Positions 48,827 to 63,849 of a stretch of 64,000 nt of DNA are shown here, in pieces. The notes beneath the pieces were generated by a model. It had not been told where the DNA came from and searched no databases. It saw nothing but the letters and a program-made list of their open reading frames with translations. Origin of the DNA: Tubiluchus corallicola (lineage: Eukaryota > Animalia > Priapulida); NCBI GenBank assembly GCA_030141605.1, contig JAQGDQ010000016.1, positions 250,282 through 314,281 on the forward strand. Reading direction: 5' to 3'. A program made the position numbers and the translations under genes. Position 1 is the stretch's first letter; the number at the start of each line of letters is the position of its first letter.

Positions 48827-51345
48827 ATGATGAGCTACAACCACAGCCTACTAGCGAGATATAATAGTGAGTTATATTAGCAAATCAATATGTTATTCGG
48901 GAATTGTGCAATTCATGTGATGTAATACTACTGCAAGAAACAATGTTGCCAAAGCAGGAACTGGGATATCTGTCGTGCGTTCACTTAGATTTCTACGGTC
49001 AAGGTGTTTCGCCAACCGACTTATCGGTTGGAATGGTGGAAGGAAGACCACAAGGTGGACTGGCAATTCTGTGGAAGAAAAGCCTACCTGTTACTAACAG
49101 AATTATGGGTATATCTTTCCCAATTCCTGGGAAACTTATGCCACTTGTATTGCTTAATGTTTATTTGCCTTATGAAGCAGATTGTAATATTGATGAATTT
49201 AGGCATTGTCTAGGTAATCTAGTTTCTATTATTGACACGGCAGAATTTAGCTATGTCTGTTGCATTGGGGACTACAATTGCCATCCTTATAAACGATTTT
49301 ATCAGGAGCTTCATGATACTTGTAGTCAATTGTAGGGCAAATGACTACGTTATATCTGATGTAGCCAAAATGTCTAGTTTATCTTTTACGTCCGTAAGTG
49401 TGGCTCACAATTCTACCACTTGGCTTGACCACGTCCTTAGTACTTGTGCTATGGACTTTTAATTGGTGATATGTATGTTAATTATGATCTAACAAGCACA
49501 TATCACAACCCTTTATGCTAAATATATGTTTAGATAAAATGCTTATATCGCCAAGTGATGGAGTTTTAGTAACTCCAGCTGAGGTTTTGAATGGTCAGGT
49601 TTGTGCCCAGGCCTCGTCTTCTTCTCCAACAATGTCCCGTAATGTAGTCGATTGGGATAAAACAACTAATGTCCAACTTCTTGATTATCACACAATGACA
49701 CAATCCCTACTTTCTAGTATTGCTGTACCGTACGACGTTATTCACTGTGGTGATATCCACTGCAAAAATGAGTGCCACAAACAACAGTTATCTTTAATGT
49801 GTGATAACATCATTGGGGTGCTTAACACAGCTGCCCAACTTACTCTTCCTGGTTGTTCACGTTCGAAAAGTCATTAAAGACAAAATAATACCCGGCTGGT
49901 CCGGGCTGGAATGATTTTGTTTCAGAGAAACACAGACATTTTCGCCATTGTACCCATTGCAAATGATATGTCTCAGGCACGCGCACACTTTAAACTTGCT
50001 TTGCGTGAGTGCAAACGGCAAGAAAAAAACTATTGTAGCTGACGAAATTGCCTACAAGCTAATGAATTGTAACTCTTATGAGTTTTGGGCGAGTAGTAAA
50101 AAGGAAACAAATGCGAAACTTCCTCTTCCTCCGAAAATCGACGAAATCACTGGAGAGAAAGCTATTTGCGAAACGTGGGGTAATTATTACAAGGGCATTT
50201 TAAACTCTGTAAATAATGGTGACGTTGCTGCTAAACTAGAAGAAAAATTAAATAGTGACATTGAGGCTGTGATTTCTTTTACAGCACTTTTCTATAGTTC
50301 CTGCGTAACACACTGTTTTTTGCCTGATGCACGATGCTGTCAGTGATTATTCCAGTCGTAAAAGACAAAAATAAGGAAATCACATTCACAAGTAATTACA
50401 GGCCGATAGCACTATTCCCAGTATCTAGCAAACTTCTTGAAATTTTACTGTTAAACCGGTACGGCTATTTACTATCGACGACGCCAAACCAATTTGGTTA
50501 CGTTGATAAATTAGGTGGAGAAATGTGTTCATGCACCATGAAGGAGGTAATTGATTATTATGTTCAACGGGTGAGTCCAGTTCACATTTTATTTTTGGAT
50601 GCGTCAAAAGCTTTTGATAGAGTAAATTACCATAAATTGTTTTTAAAGCCAACAAACACTGATTTTCCAAATATTGTTATTCCTTTACTAACGTTTTATT
50701 GTTTACAACAAAGCATGTTAGTAAGATGGGGTAATTTTAATTCTGTAACATTTAGGGTCGGAAATGGCGTTCGTCAAGGCGCTAAAATGTCGCCTATTTT
50801 ATTTAATCAATACTTTCGGGACTTAAGCATTGGTCCTACATCAAGCAATCTTGGCTGCCAAATTGGAAATACGTACATCAATCACTTGACGTTTGCAGAC
50901 GATGGATGTTTGTTAGCTTCAACTACAACAGCTTCACAAACTCTAGCGAATACATATGTCCGCTACGCTGACAAACATGACATGATGTTAAATGTTGAAA
51001 AAACGAAATTTCTAAGCATTACTCCCCCCAGCATGCGCCAGTTCAGTTTTGAGTCTATTCGTAATTCGTAATTCGTAGCTGGTATCGTAATTCGTCCGTG
51101 CGAAACGGAGAAGTATCTTGGCCACATAATTTCTAGAGATAATAGGGATGACATTGATATTATTAGGCAAAGAAGTATTTACTATGTTAGAGCAAACAGT
51201 ATCTTGAGAAAATTTCATCATTGTACAAATAGCATTAAAACTCGTTTGTTCAATTCGTATTGTAATTCATTCTATGATATGGCAACGTGGCGGCATTTTT
51301 ATAACTGCAGTTTAACTAAACTAAAAGTAGCTCATGATACTTTGT
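48827..51345 (+). mobile_element. Decayed LINE ORF2 (APE endonuclease + reverse transcriptase), CR1/L2/Daphne group
   Basis: APE motifs DVILLQET, GRPQGGLAILW, LLNVYLP, IGDYN, WLDHVL; RT motifs NYRPIAL, FLDASKAFDRV, GVRQG, FADD, EKYLG; broken by stops and frameshifts. Confidence 0.92.
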
Positions 51346-54300
51346 TTAACATTTTTTGAATTAATTTGTAAATTTTTAATGATTTCATATAGGCTATTTG
51401 ACTAACCGTTGGACAAAAATGGACGTTTTCCTTTTCAGTCACAAAAGTGAAAATTTGTTCTAAACTGCAAATAAGAACCAGTTATAAAAGAATATGAATA
51501 AATAATAACTAACAAACTAACCAATTAAAATATTGATAACTAAAATTAGGTATTATTGCAACGCAGCACTAAAATGGGATACAAACGCTTGCCCGGCAAA
51601 GCATTACAAGCAACAATTAGTATAATGCTGAGCAGACTGCAATTATTTAAGCCCTAATTAAATCTGTTACTAATGCGTTCGGCACTTACATTGTCGGTTG
51701 TACGCTCGTTGTCGTCACCATTGTACACAGCAACGACGCGAAGAAGACGGGCGTTATTCCCCGCACTTCCCATGTTTGACGCTCCATTCTAGTCTCAGTG
51801 TCAGTGCATTATAATAATATTTACTTTTCTTATAATTATATCGTTCTTAGAGATACTGTTATCTCTTTTGTCTCAGCATTTATAATGTAATAGGTGCTGG
51901 AATAGTCTTTTATACCTGCTTACTAAAACCACCTCTTCTATGGAACTCTTAATGTTGTCAAGTTGAAGGGGCGTTCATTAGAAAATACAATGATGTGCTG
52001 AAGTATAGACTCAAGCGTCCAGGCTTTTTTTAAACAGAACTGAACTGGAAAATTTTATGAAAATCAATTTTTAAAAAAGTCAATCTTTAACAGGAGCAAA
52101 ATTTCATGGACAATTTTGAGAGAAATTGCTCCATCTCTCATAGAAAAATGCAGAGGGCTGCTTATAAGGTTTCAAACTGACATGGATGAATTAAAGATAT
52201 GTTCTGGCAACATATGTTAGAAGAATGTGTAACTAGTTGAATCGTCTTCATTGCTGATGCAGAATTGTGGCTGTTTGCGTCGCAATGCATTAATAATCAA
52301 CTGCGCAGTTCGGTAACAGCTGCAGTGGAAGTGGATGAAATCACCTACTTACTTTATAAAATGCATAAGTTTATCAGTGTATGTAGGCCTATTGTAGGTA
52401 ACAGGAAACCAGGTCAGCAACATTATTTATCGGTTTGGCACTTTCACAAAGGCCTGTGTAAATCATCGGATTTTCTAGGACCCAAAATTTTGATAACTTT
52501 TCGTATACCACGGCTTTTTGCCACTTAATGCCTGTTGAATTCCAAGGCTCGTACCATACAATTCTGCTAAATATAACCAATAGGTTTGACAGTTAAGTTG
52601 GTTTCGAGCAAAATTGTTTTTTCTGACAAACTCTAGACATGTCATTTAAAGCGCCGTTTATCGTTGCTATGGATCCGTTTTATCGTAAATATTTAGACTA
52701 CTGGATAACTCCATGTGACATCACAATATAATAAATTTAAATAAGCTAAAAAATTATTACATGAAAGAGAACAAAATCAACATCACGGCGAACTAAACGG
52801 CATTGTAGGGTAACCAAAAACTGACTAACTTTCAAGAAACGCACAACATTTTTCAGATGCACGGCGTTGTTTGATAACTACAAATCTGATCAAAAATCAT
52901 CTACGCAGCTACGAAAGCATTTGTTTAGTGTAATTACATTTTGTGCTGAATTTAGTAATACCCTTACTAAATATAACTTTAGTAATACCAGTCAAGCAAA
53001 CTGAAGTAAAAGAATCAGTCATTTCGGTCACGTATGTGTGAAATGACTGTATCAAGATTGTATCATGGTATCAAGATTTTGTGTGAAACGCCAAACATTG
53101 TTATCCTACGAGCAAAATCCCGGCATTGATGAAAACATGTCATTTCCGTACAAAGTTGTTGTGAAATTACATTTCTTTGATACCAAATGCTGCAAGAATA
53201 TTACCGAAGTTTGACCGCAGTGACTTGGCTATACACGATCATTTCATTTTATTTTAACTAAAAGCCATATACGAACATATACAAAAGTTTCAATATGTAA
53301 GCAGCATAAGTTACCTCAGATAAACTCTGAATGATAATTAAGAGGTCCGCCAAATACTGGACGTTCAATCTTAACAAATATGAATGCTACGTTATGCCAT
53401 AGAATAGTAACTAGTAATCGCTTGTAACAGTAACAGTACTAAAACTTAAATTAAAAAAGAACGCAACGAATTACAATGGGACAGACAGGGTTTTCATTAA
53501 TTTTAAAGGGTTTAACTCATGTTGTCTGCCATGCTGGAAAAGCTTATAAATCTGACCCTTTCCAATCTTTCCAAGCAAAATTACTATTACCCAAGCACCA
53601 TGTTTCCGCTTTAATGATGAGCAAATTTTAGTTGCAGAAATCATGTATGGCTGCAAAATAGAAATAATAATAATAATACACAAACTCTCACATACCCAGG
53701 TAACATGTCCCAGTCCCAGTTTTTGTGACAGTTCAGCAGCCCGTTAGCTAAGAGGACAAAGGAAACGCTGATTGGCTTCGCGAGGTGGATCCCGCTGGTT
53801 GATTGACGTTTGCCGATTTGTTTATCGAACCATTCAGTCATTCACGACCCTTAGGCTAACACGAAAACATCCGTGCAAGCAATTTTTGTTGATGGGCTAA
53901 ATGTTCCAAACAGCATTAATTACATGTATATGCAACCGAAAGTAAAAGGATACAATCGAGTGAGAAAATAATAAATTTATTTTCGCTGTAAAATATGGTC
54001 AAATCATGATTCACTACGTGCAATGTTAAAATCGCTCACCCGGAAGACTTATGTAATACACGCTTGAGCTACTGAAACTTTTCAAGCCATCAGTTTTAAT
54101 AACATAATAAACTAAAATAATGTGACTATTGCCACAATCCCAGTCCAGTTCACCATTACAAACAAAAGAAGAAACAAAATTGCAAATCGAATCAAAAGTA
54201 GTAGGCCTACTTGCCTACATGCACATAAAAAAATCTACATGTATCCACAAAATGAAGGAATGGGGTGAGAAACAGGTTTTAGCATGACCTGAGCATAATA

Positions 54301-55795
54301 TCAGCTTCAGCAAAAACGCTACAATAAATGATTAAAGTACAAAAGCACAATACTGTATTAACGTTATACAAGTACGATACAACTTGTTTAAAAACAGTAA
54401 AGTATAATACAGTCTTTAAAAACTAAGTAGCACTGCATAATAGCACTATTTCAAGATGTCTAAAACTGAACAATCACACTTCATGGAAATACAATCATTC
54501 ATTATTATTATTGGGTCTCGTTAATTGTTGTAGTTTTTTATTAATTTTAAAATTCATCAACCTTATAAAATTATAATTCGTTTTTCCTACTGCAATGACA
54601 ACAGACAACAATGAGAAGTCAACCAAAAGCAAAAAAATGATAAATTAAAATTAAATGTTCATGATATTCAAAGTTTCAAAATCAATAAAATTGAAGGACA
54701 TAATGAAAAAAAACGGATAACACAGAAAAGCAATATGACTTAGTATGAATGATGACAACCAGAAAATCATAAATAACATAACACTAGCAGAATAACTGGC
54801 TGATTAAACAAGACAACTTATCAGCATCACAGTAACACACAATAGAGTACATTACTAGCATGATTATTACCTATGTAAGAATATTATTAGCCATTTTTGA
54901 ATGCAAAAATTTTCTTACACGAATTAAAAAAATCAAGGACCTTTGAGAGACATAGCCTTTATGACCACAGGCACAGAACCTTCAATGCTGGTTCTACTTC
55001 AGTCTGCTTTAACTAGAAGCCATGTAAAAACTTGCTGTTAGTTGCCTTGTTTACAATTGAATTTTGAACAGTTAGTGTTAATTTAGAATCAGAAAAAATT
55101 TTACTAAAGAAATGTAATCTAAAAAATATATCCTTACTAAATTTTGGAAAGTCTGACATTTACTATGGATGTTTCATAATAAATGTCAAACATCATCGAT
55201 ATTGTTTTCTATCTATTTTTTATCTATTTGTTTACCCAATTGAAAAACAACTTGAAATTGAATCACATATTCAAGGTCACATAACGTTACATCAAGTTAA
55301 TCTACAAAAGCTCAATATGGCGGGTTGCCAAAATTTTACTTATTAATTTCTTATTGGATTATTCAAACTATTAGCTCATGATAGTGATGACCATGACAAA
55401 ACAAAGTAACATTGATGTGCAAATACAAACATGATGATGATGATGACAATTAAACAATCTAGTCTGATAACTTTTAACTACTAGCAACATTTTAATTAAG
55501 AACATGATGAATCATTTTTTCACATAAACAGAAAGTTAAAATTTCTAACATTTCTCACTGAAAGTGAATAAGAAAGTATGCGAGTAACCCATATATAAAA
55601 AAACTCAATAAGCGAGTAATCCAATGCTTATTCAATGCGGATCATAGCACAATTCACACCAGCTAATACAAATACAAATTTACTAAAATTTAAAGATTGT
55701 ACCACAAGAGAAGATGATATAATCTCTGTGGTCCTTACAAGTGCACATACAACACAGATACAGATGCTTCTCATCCAAACTAAGATTTATCTTCT

Positions 55796-58700
55796 TTATT
55801 TATGTAATTTTTGCATAAGAGGGATTGTAATAAGAACTATAGCACCCAGTGCAATCTCTGTGCCCATTAAATAAAATGATGCAGTATAGTCACCAGTTAC
55901 ATCATATACCCATCCTGGAAAGTAGAATGTACTATTAAATACATAACTAACAGCAAACCCTAAATTTAAAGTCTTTACTAGTCTACTACTAATTCACGAA
56001 GCAGGTTTTCTTTATAACATCTTTTACAGAATAATTGCTTAGAAACTGAATTTTGATAAGGAGACCTATGCCACAGTGAGGCAGAAAAAGTAATTTTGCA
56101 ATTTTTTCGGACAAATTACCGGATTGCACGGTTTTGCAGCTGCTGAAGATGTTAATCCTTCCCTTTGTATCTGTGGCTGTGACGCGTCCTAATCTGTCAC
56201 TGTTTGTAGTGACTGCTTGACCCTCAGACCTGAATCTTAAGCCAGAGTGACACTAGCTAAGTCTAGCTTATATCAGGTAATTTACTGTACTACTAGTTGA
56301 GGTAATGAATAGAAATTTCAGAATCACACTCCTTAGGGAATTAATTACAAAGTTCCAACTTCCAAACCACTTTACCCTAGGTTAGAAGGTCTGATCCAGG
56401 GGGTTCAAATTAGCTGTTTTCCACCCCCAGGGGATACCCATGGTTGAGCACCCAATTGTATTAAAAAGCTACGAAATACTTCCGTTAATGGTGACTTCAT
56501 TTGATATCCTAGAAATGCTATCAAATGCAGTCACTAGTATCTGGAGATTTTGAGTTGGGCACTTGTGCAGGTATGACATGACACTTGCCTATACATGGGA
56601 AGTGTCCCGTCAGTTCTTGATGATAATGAGACTGCAAGAAATTAAAACATTCTCATTTCATTCGAGCCTTTAAGGAAGGGTCATGTCATTTAGCATGTTC
56701 GGTTTATTTTACTGCTATTAATGAATGAATAAATAATGAATGAACGAAAGAGGATGAATGAATGAATAAATAATGAATGAATGATTGAGAATGAATGAAT
56801 GAATAAAATGACTGGCACAAAGAAAACACATCGGAGGCCTACCTGCTAATGGAGCACCCAGCAAACAGCTAGCACCTTCAAAGAATAACAAGGCACCGAA
56901 ACCATCATTCATTCTTTCTAAACCCACGAGATCGACCAGAATGACAGAGGTCAATGACATATAACTCCCTGAAAAAATTCCAATACAGATTACATAAACA
57001 TCATTGGTGTACTTTGCATATTTCATATAGCAAAAACAACACTGTGAATCTTCTTATGAAGTGCAAAGTTAATTATTTATTCCAGTTACTACAGGTAGTC
57101 TGTTTTTGTAACATATCTTGTAAAACGAACCAAAGTTTGCATACTCTGTTTAGATAACAAACTGATTAGATAACTGTCTTGCTCAATTTATGTGAAAAAT
57201 GAAAGCACTAGTGTCTAGTTCTTTATTTCTTAGACCCATGCAAAACCAAACAACTGAATGGTATATGACACGAGTACAAACCAGTAGCTGCAGTTTACCT
57301 TTTCTTGTATCCACGATTTATAAGAAAATTTCTAACTTGTTTGTATTTGTTCAACTTATGCAAACACGCTTAAAATTTTGAAACCTATGTAAGCTGAGGA
57401 ATTTACCAAAAGAAGAGCTGGTAACGTGACTGTTGCAGGTAATTCAACAAAGTAGTTTAATTGCAGTTATTACAATGAACATAATTTTGCTGCTATATGA
57501 AAACCAAATGAATAAATTCTACGAAGCAGAAGACACAATTATTTAACCAAATGAAAAAATAAAACTAAACAATGAATTGAAAATTCATAATCACTAAATT
57601 AATAATGTAAAAACTATTACCAGTGGTTATTCCAAAGAAACCTGCATACAGTGCAACCTCGATGAATGTCTTTGATACCACAGTAACAATACTTGCTATT
57701 CCACATAAAAGAAAACTGCTAATGTACAATAACATTCTATTCACATGTTCACTGTCTGATATGAAGCCAATGACAACACGAGAGACAGTATTTGTTATGC
57801 CAATCACAGATATAGCTGTAGAACCATAGGCTGTATCATAACCCAAGTCGAGTAACCGATCTGGTAGGTATGTATATGGGATGTACCACCCTAATCCAAT
57901 TAGAAAGTTTGCAATGCAAAACAGCAGAAATCTGTATTCCCTGAACAGGTTCCAGTCTGTAAGCTCAAGAACATATTTACGCATAGTTACAGCACACACA
58001 TTTTTCTTTTTTTCTGTATAAATTGATGCCTCATCAACAGTTAACTTTTCACTTTTTAGACATTTATCTGCTATAATCTCTGGAACTTGATAAAATACAT
58101 CATCGTCTAACTCTTCGGTAGTTGCTGGCAGGCCTTTGTTCGAAGTGGGTTGAATACTTATACTACTAATGCGGCGTGGTGCATCTTTTACGGATAATAA
58201 AAATGGCCATGACCAAGATCGATGCTGTTTCTCATTGTACAGTTTCACATGCACATTTTGAGTAACAGGTCCAAGATGAGTATTACTTGCGCCGGTCGGT
58301 AACTCCGAATATGAACTACTAAGCCTCCATAAATTTGAACCCTGTTGACTTTGTTTACATGAATTTTCTTGAAATGACACAGAGGTCCGAGCACGTCTAG
58401 ATTTTTTTAATCCTTGAGATTCATACAACTGGCTGATGGTTGCATCTGAAAGCCTTGCCTCGGGCGGTATATCATGTCCTGTGAAAGATGTTGCCGTGAC
58501 AAATGTAGGGCAGGATGTAAAAAGAGGTCTGGAGACGATCGTAGGACTTTGACAAAATTGGAAACTGGGTATCATTTTTCTTGAGCGCACTGCGTAGGAG
58601 ACTTTACGAAATGCTTGAGAACTTGTATGGCGAAGTTTCTGGTTAAACTGCTTTTCCTTTCGTAGTGGTCGGAACAAGGCACCAAAAGCAATGCAGTTGA

Positions 58701-60102
58701 GTATAAGGGCACCCTCGATCAACATTGTTCCTTTCCAACCATACAAAGAAATAAGATATGTACAAAGTGGACTAAATGTGAATGTGCCCACACCTGATCC
58801 ACAAACAGCTAGTCCTGTGGCAAAGGATCGTCGTTTTTCAAAGTAGTAAGTTACAGCAACAATGGCTGGCAAATACATGATTCCAAAGCCAATGCCTAGC
58901 ATACAAAAGATCATTTAACATCTACTCAATATATTCTGTGCAAACTCTACACCAAAACTTCAGAAAAAATTGCAAAAAAGGAAATTTTCATATTAATTAC
59001 TAAAAACAATCATGGTTAGTGATTTCAATTACTTTTTTAAACTTTAAATACATAAAAAATCATAAAACATTACTATTTTGCTTTCTTAAAAAATAAATGT
59101 GTTGCATTTACCAGTAACCACTCCAAAAGATATACAGAGAAAAATAACATTAGGAGCAAAGATGCTGATAACACAACCAAATGTAGCTATTCCAGCACCA
59201 ATTATGGATGCAATGCGTAAGCTGGTCTTCTTCACAATAATACTGGACAATGGACCTAAAATAACAACAAAAATCGAAGTATAGGTTAGCTTTGGTGGAA
59301 ATTGACTAAAAGAAAATGTTACCTATACTTTTGGCAGATAGTTTATTTAACTATTTAAAAATGTAGGATTCTTTACTTAACTATTTTAACCTAATCTCTA
59401 TATTGTAAATGTGAAATAAATTGAGTTCACAAGAGCAATATGAGCAAGTATCTAAAAATTACAATTTAACAACTTAGGAGTATTATTAATGTATAGATAA
59501 TTTATAGAATTTTAATTTGCTGAATTTATAAAAAATGGCTAGTTTGCTGTAATGCCATTTATTCTGTGCAATATACTTTTGGATCGAGATTTAGAAGGAG
59601 CGTTACATTGATTTAACATGAAACTGAACTTTGCTTTGTTCCATTTTAAGAGCTTGCCAGAGCACAGTTGAATAATTAGAGAGAGTTTGAGCTCAGCTAC
59701 AAAATAGCGCCAGACAAAAATGAATAAAAAATATACAAGAGCATAATCTGTTTAATACATACCGCCACCAATAGTAAAAAAAACTAGAACTGACGTAATC
59801 CATGATGTAACACCCTTTCCGCCTTCAAATTCCTGAAGCCACTCAACATAAAGCAGACCAGATGAATAAGTTACCCCATCTAATATAACGTGGATCATAA
59901 ACGAAGCAAATACCACCACCCAACCCCATCCACCATCAGGTGGGGTGGACATTTCAGAAACAGTGCTTCCATCCATTGTGTTGTCCGGAACAATTGATTT
60001 CCTATTACCTAAGCAGCAATCATTGCACTCGTGTTTCTCTATTTTCTCAATTATTAAATCTATGCAATCCAGATACTTAGCAAAGTCAGTTGTAGATGTC
60101 AT
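55796..60102 (-). CDS. SLC16 monocarboxylate transporter (MCT, MFS family), 667 aa
   Basis: Exons 60102-59763, 59255-59112, 58895-57621, 56968-56843, 55914-55796 (2004 nt, phases consistent). SLC16 signatures PPDGGWGWVVVFASF and YFEKRRSFATGLAVCGSGVG; large central loop; C-terminal LGAPLAGWVYDVTGDY. In-frame TAA just upstream of the ATG. Confidence 0.95.
56718..56810. repeat. Degenerate (ATGA)n microsatellite in the last MCT intron
   Basis: Direct observation. Confidence 0.85.
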
Positions 60103-62187
60103 GTATTACCATCTGCTTTACAAGTTTCCTAACAAAGAAAAAAATCAATGATTATAAAGGTAATGTAAGTTACAAGATAATACAGGTACAGTATTTAATA
60201 AAATGACCTTAGATATTTTTATGTTTAACGATTGGGGGTTTATAGCCTGCAAAGCACAAATTTTCTGTAAAGTTTGGCTTGACCATAATAAGTCATTTTG
60301 AGACATTAAAGTTGTTCTATAGTTTGGCCTTTAATACCTTGTTTTCAGATTCGAACTGTTATAATGTAAATCACCAACCTTTCTGCAGTTCAGTTTAATT
60401 TGGTTAATGCTTCAATTCTAGCATTTGCACAAAAAAGCATTACGTGCCAAGCATGGACATAGTGAATCTAAAGCATGCCCAGATAATGGCATGGAATTAG
60501 GCTTTGAATTTTTCCTATTGCAGTAACATCTTCGACGTCTGTACAGCAGCCTACAGTTTTCAATCTTAAGTTTGTAAAATCAAATTATGTACAATTGCAA
60601 GTTTGCTTCAATAAAATAAATTAATTTAGATCCTAAATCTAGTCTATTGGCTAACTTAGATTTCAAATATGAGCTAAATTAATAACTTAAATTAAAACAA
60701 ATTTCAAACATAATGTTAAACATTTGATTTTACAAATGCAAATACAATAAGATTCAACTTAGAAGGAATAAGTTTATTACATTTTAATGGATTAAAAAAG
60801 TTTAAATCTTATTAATAATATGTCAAATGAGATAAACTGCCATCAGAATTAACCCTTTATGGCTAATGCTTTAGAAATATTAAAAATATTAAAGAAATAT
60901 TAATAAAAAAAGAAAATACATTGTTATGAAACACCATTATTTTTCATTTACTAACGTTTTTAGGTTTCAAACAAATGCAAAAATATTACATTATATTGCA
61001 CAAAATTATATTTCATTAATTATGTTAACAGCAGAGATAAGAAGTGAAAAGGCGACAAGTTCAGTGCCTTGACCGTTTGTATCGAGGTGAACAATCAAAA
61101 ACTACTACTTGTCTGAAAATAAGAAAAAACAAACTTAAACAAAACTTGCAATTCCTATCCTGATCACCATGATGTTTTTTATTATCACTAACGATTTCGA
61201 ATAGAGAAAACTCTTACACAAAAACCAAACCTAAAAATATTGGCAATGCTGAAATGAAAGATTTGTGCAACTTCTTTTGAAAAAACAATCATCCCTTTCT
61301 TATTCAATTTTAAAACTTCAGCCATTACAATTACAATTACTATACATTATGCCCAATCAATGTGTTATGAAATTGTCTATAAGCAAAACAGCATAGATGA
61401 AAACGCTTTTTTACTCGTGTTTCAACTGCGATTACGGTCATCTAAAGTTGTACGTGAAATATTGTCATGCAAACTGCCTCAAATATTTCTTAGTAATCGA
61501 GTTACAAATTATATAATTATGTGCTAAGTAAAAATTTATATGGATTACGACAAAATAATTTAATATTTTAGCTTCTATGATAAGTACAATAACTTACCAT
61601 AGACAGTTTGCAAGCCAAATATTCTATTCCATAGCATTCAATACTCAGTATTTCGTTTCTAAAAATGAGTTTTTTGCAGTTTACAAAGCGATACTAAGCT
61701 ATAGGAGTGGCTGACTCAAACAGTACTTCACTTGGTCTGTTGCAGTTACTTTAATGTGGGTGAAGCACAATGCACTGAGCACGTTTTAGCCCAAAGTGCC
61801 AAAATTTGTGGGGCCCGTTGGAGGAAATTGAAAATCACCACCTCGGCAAAATGATATAAAAGGTGCTGCCGCATAGGAAAAAGTCACAAGCATTAAACAA
61901 AATACTATGTGGGACGTTTGTGTTTGCTTGACAGCCCTGTGCACTATGGCAGCCCATACAGTGATATCATGCTGTTATGTGCCATGGCAAGGCGGTACAC
62001 AGTGAGCCAGTACATGGCAGGCGGTACAAAGTGAGGTGGTACATGACTGCCTATATCTAAATAATTAATTAACATTAATTTAATTTCCATTCATCAAATC
62101 AAAGTTTCACATTCAGCTGTTTTGTCGCCAATTTTGGTGTATTAGGCATTTTGCAAAACAAAATCAACACTTTGACGCTGTGTCGCA

Positions 62188-63104
62188 GTGTCATCATCAT
62201 CATCCAATGAATCATACATCCAGGAACATGATTCTGTTCACCTCGGTATGCCAGAACTCCCTACTCGCTGCAATGCCCCAAGTGCATTTATCTATTCAGC
62301 AAGGATCAGTGCTGAAGTGTTTAAATCTTTCTGTGCAAAATCTAAATATGTTGACATTTGTCCTCCTGCAGGTCTTTTTAGCTGGTTCTATGGCTTATTG
62401 AAGAGCTATCTTCACTGGATTATCATCAGGTAGTCTAAGCATATGCCTAATCCATCTTAAACAGGGTCTTTTTATTTTCCTTGCCTAAGGTTCTTCTTTT
62501 ATTTTTTTCATATAGATCTTTATTTGAGATTTTCTTTGGCCATCTGATACCCAAAATGCTTTTGTAATTTCGCCTTTGAAACACATTGATTTCAGCTTTA
62601 TGATTTGCTTTTAATGTCCAAAGCTCAGAGTTGTACAGAAATACAATTTCAATTAAGGCTGAAAATATTGTAATTTTTGTTTCCAAAGAAATCTTCCTAT
62701 TCTCAAAAACTGCAGTGAGTTTTGAGTAAGCTGATAATGCGATTATTTTCCATCTTGATATGTCATCTTCTGTTGCTAGCAACAGACTACCAAGATGCAT
62801 GCATTTTTGCCATCATTCATCACCATGGCATATTATGTGAATTATTATCTTCAGTTTTATTTTTGTTTACTACGAGATCCATTCTTTTCACTTTCTCTTC
62901 TATTGAGCTTTTTATTTAGTCTAATTCTACTTTGTTTCTTGCAATCCATGCCACTTCATCAGAATACTGCATAGGTATAATAGTTGACATACTTTGTAGA
63001 GAGCTGTAACAGTGTTCTTGTCGCTCTTCATTTGGTATTAATTCAGGATCAAGAATTGTGTAGTGGTGATCTTCTAAGTCTTTCAATGGTATAACGTTGT
63101 ATAC
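62188..63104 (-). mobile_element. 5'-truncated RTE-like LINE copy A
   Basis: Minus-strand QYSDEVAWI (YADD-like), LGSLL...DISR, FLYNSELWTL, FQRR..ILGIRWPKKISNKDLY; ends in a (GAT)n tail at about 62190-62204. Confidence 0.8.
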
Positions 63105-63849
63105 TGATCACCGTGTCATCATCATCATCTCTGGAGACACACATCAATTGACATGACCCTCCTGATCACTTTACTCCATGGTGCCCTGTCATCCACAACC
63201 TCCCATGTCTCTGTATTTTTGATATATAATGGTCTGATAATAAGATCTTTTTGGATGAAATTGATATAAGTCAGCAGCTGTCTTCCTTGCGGTTTCTTTT
63301 CTTTCTGCAGAGCTTCTTTTAAAAGCTAACTTTAATAGACTGTCAACTGGTAGTCACACAACATGTCCTTTCCATCTTTCTCGTTTGGATCTTAATTGTC
63401 CATTCCTCTGCCTTGACTTTATTGTACAGATCCTGGTTTGATATTTTTTGGCCATTGTATTCCTAGAATGTTCCTGTAGTTTCTTCTTTGAAATAAATCA
63501 ATTTCTGATTCGTGTTGTGCTTTGATTGTCCATAATTCTGAGTTATAGAGAAACACGGTTTCCACAGATGCAGCAAAGATTCTTAATTTTGAATCTAAAC
63601 AGATCATCTTACTTTCAAAATTTTTTGTTGAATATGCAGCTAGTGCTAAGATTTTTCTTCTTGATATATCTTCATCTGTTGCTAGAAGAATGCCTATGTA
63701 TTTAAATTTCCTCCACGCATATCTCCATTCCTTTTTATGTGATACTCTTCTGTTTTGTCTTTATTCAGTATGAGATCCATTTCTTTTAATTTCGCGTCCA
63801 TATTGATTTTGCTATCATCTATTTTGATCACCGTGTCATCATCATCATC
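63105..63849 (-). mobile_element. 5'-truncated RTE-like LINE copy B with 25-bp flanking direct repeats
   Basis: FKYIGILLATDEDISRRK...FLYNSELWTI...FQRRNYRNILGIQWPK; TGATCACCGTGTCATCATCATCATC at both 63105-63129 and 63825-63849. Confidence 0.8.

Noticed and set aside
51850-53450. Possible transposase remnant between the LINE and the MCT 3' end
   Set aside because: No recognisable DDE or hAT motifs and no TIR pair could be established by eye.
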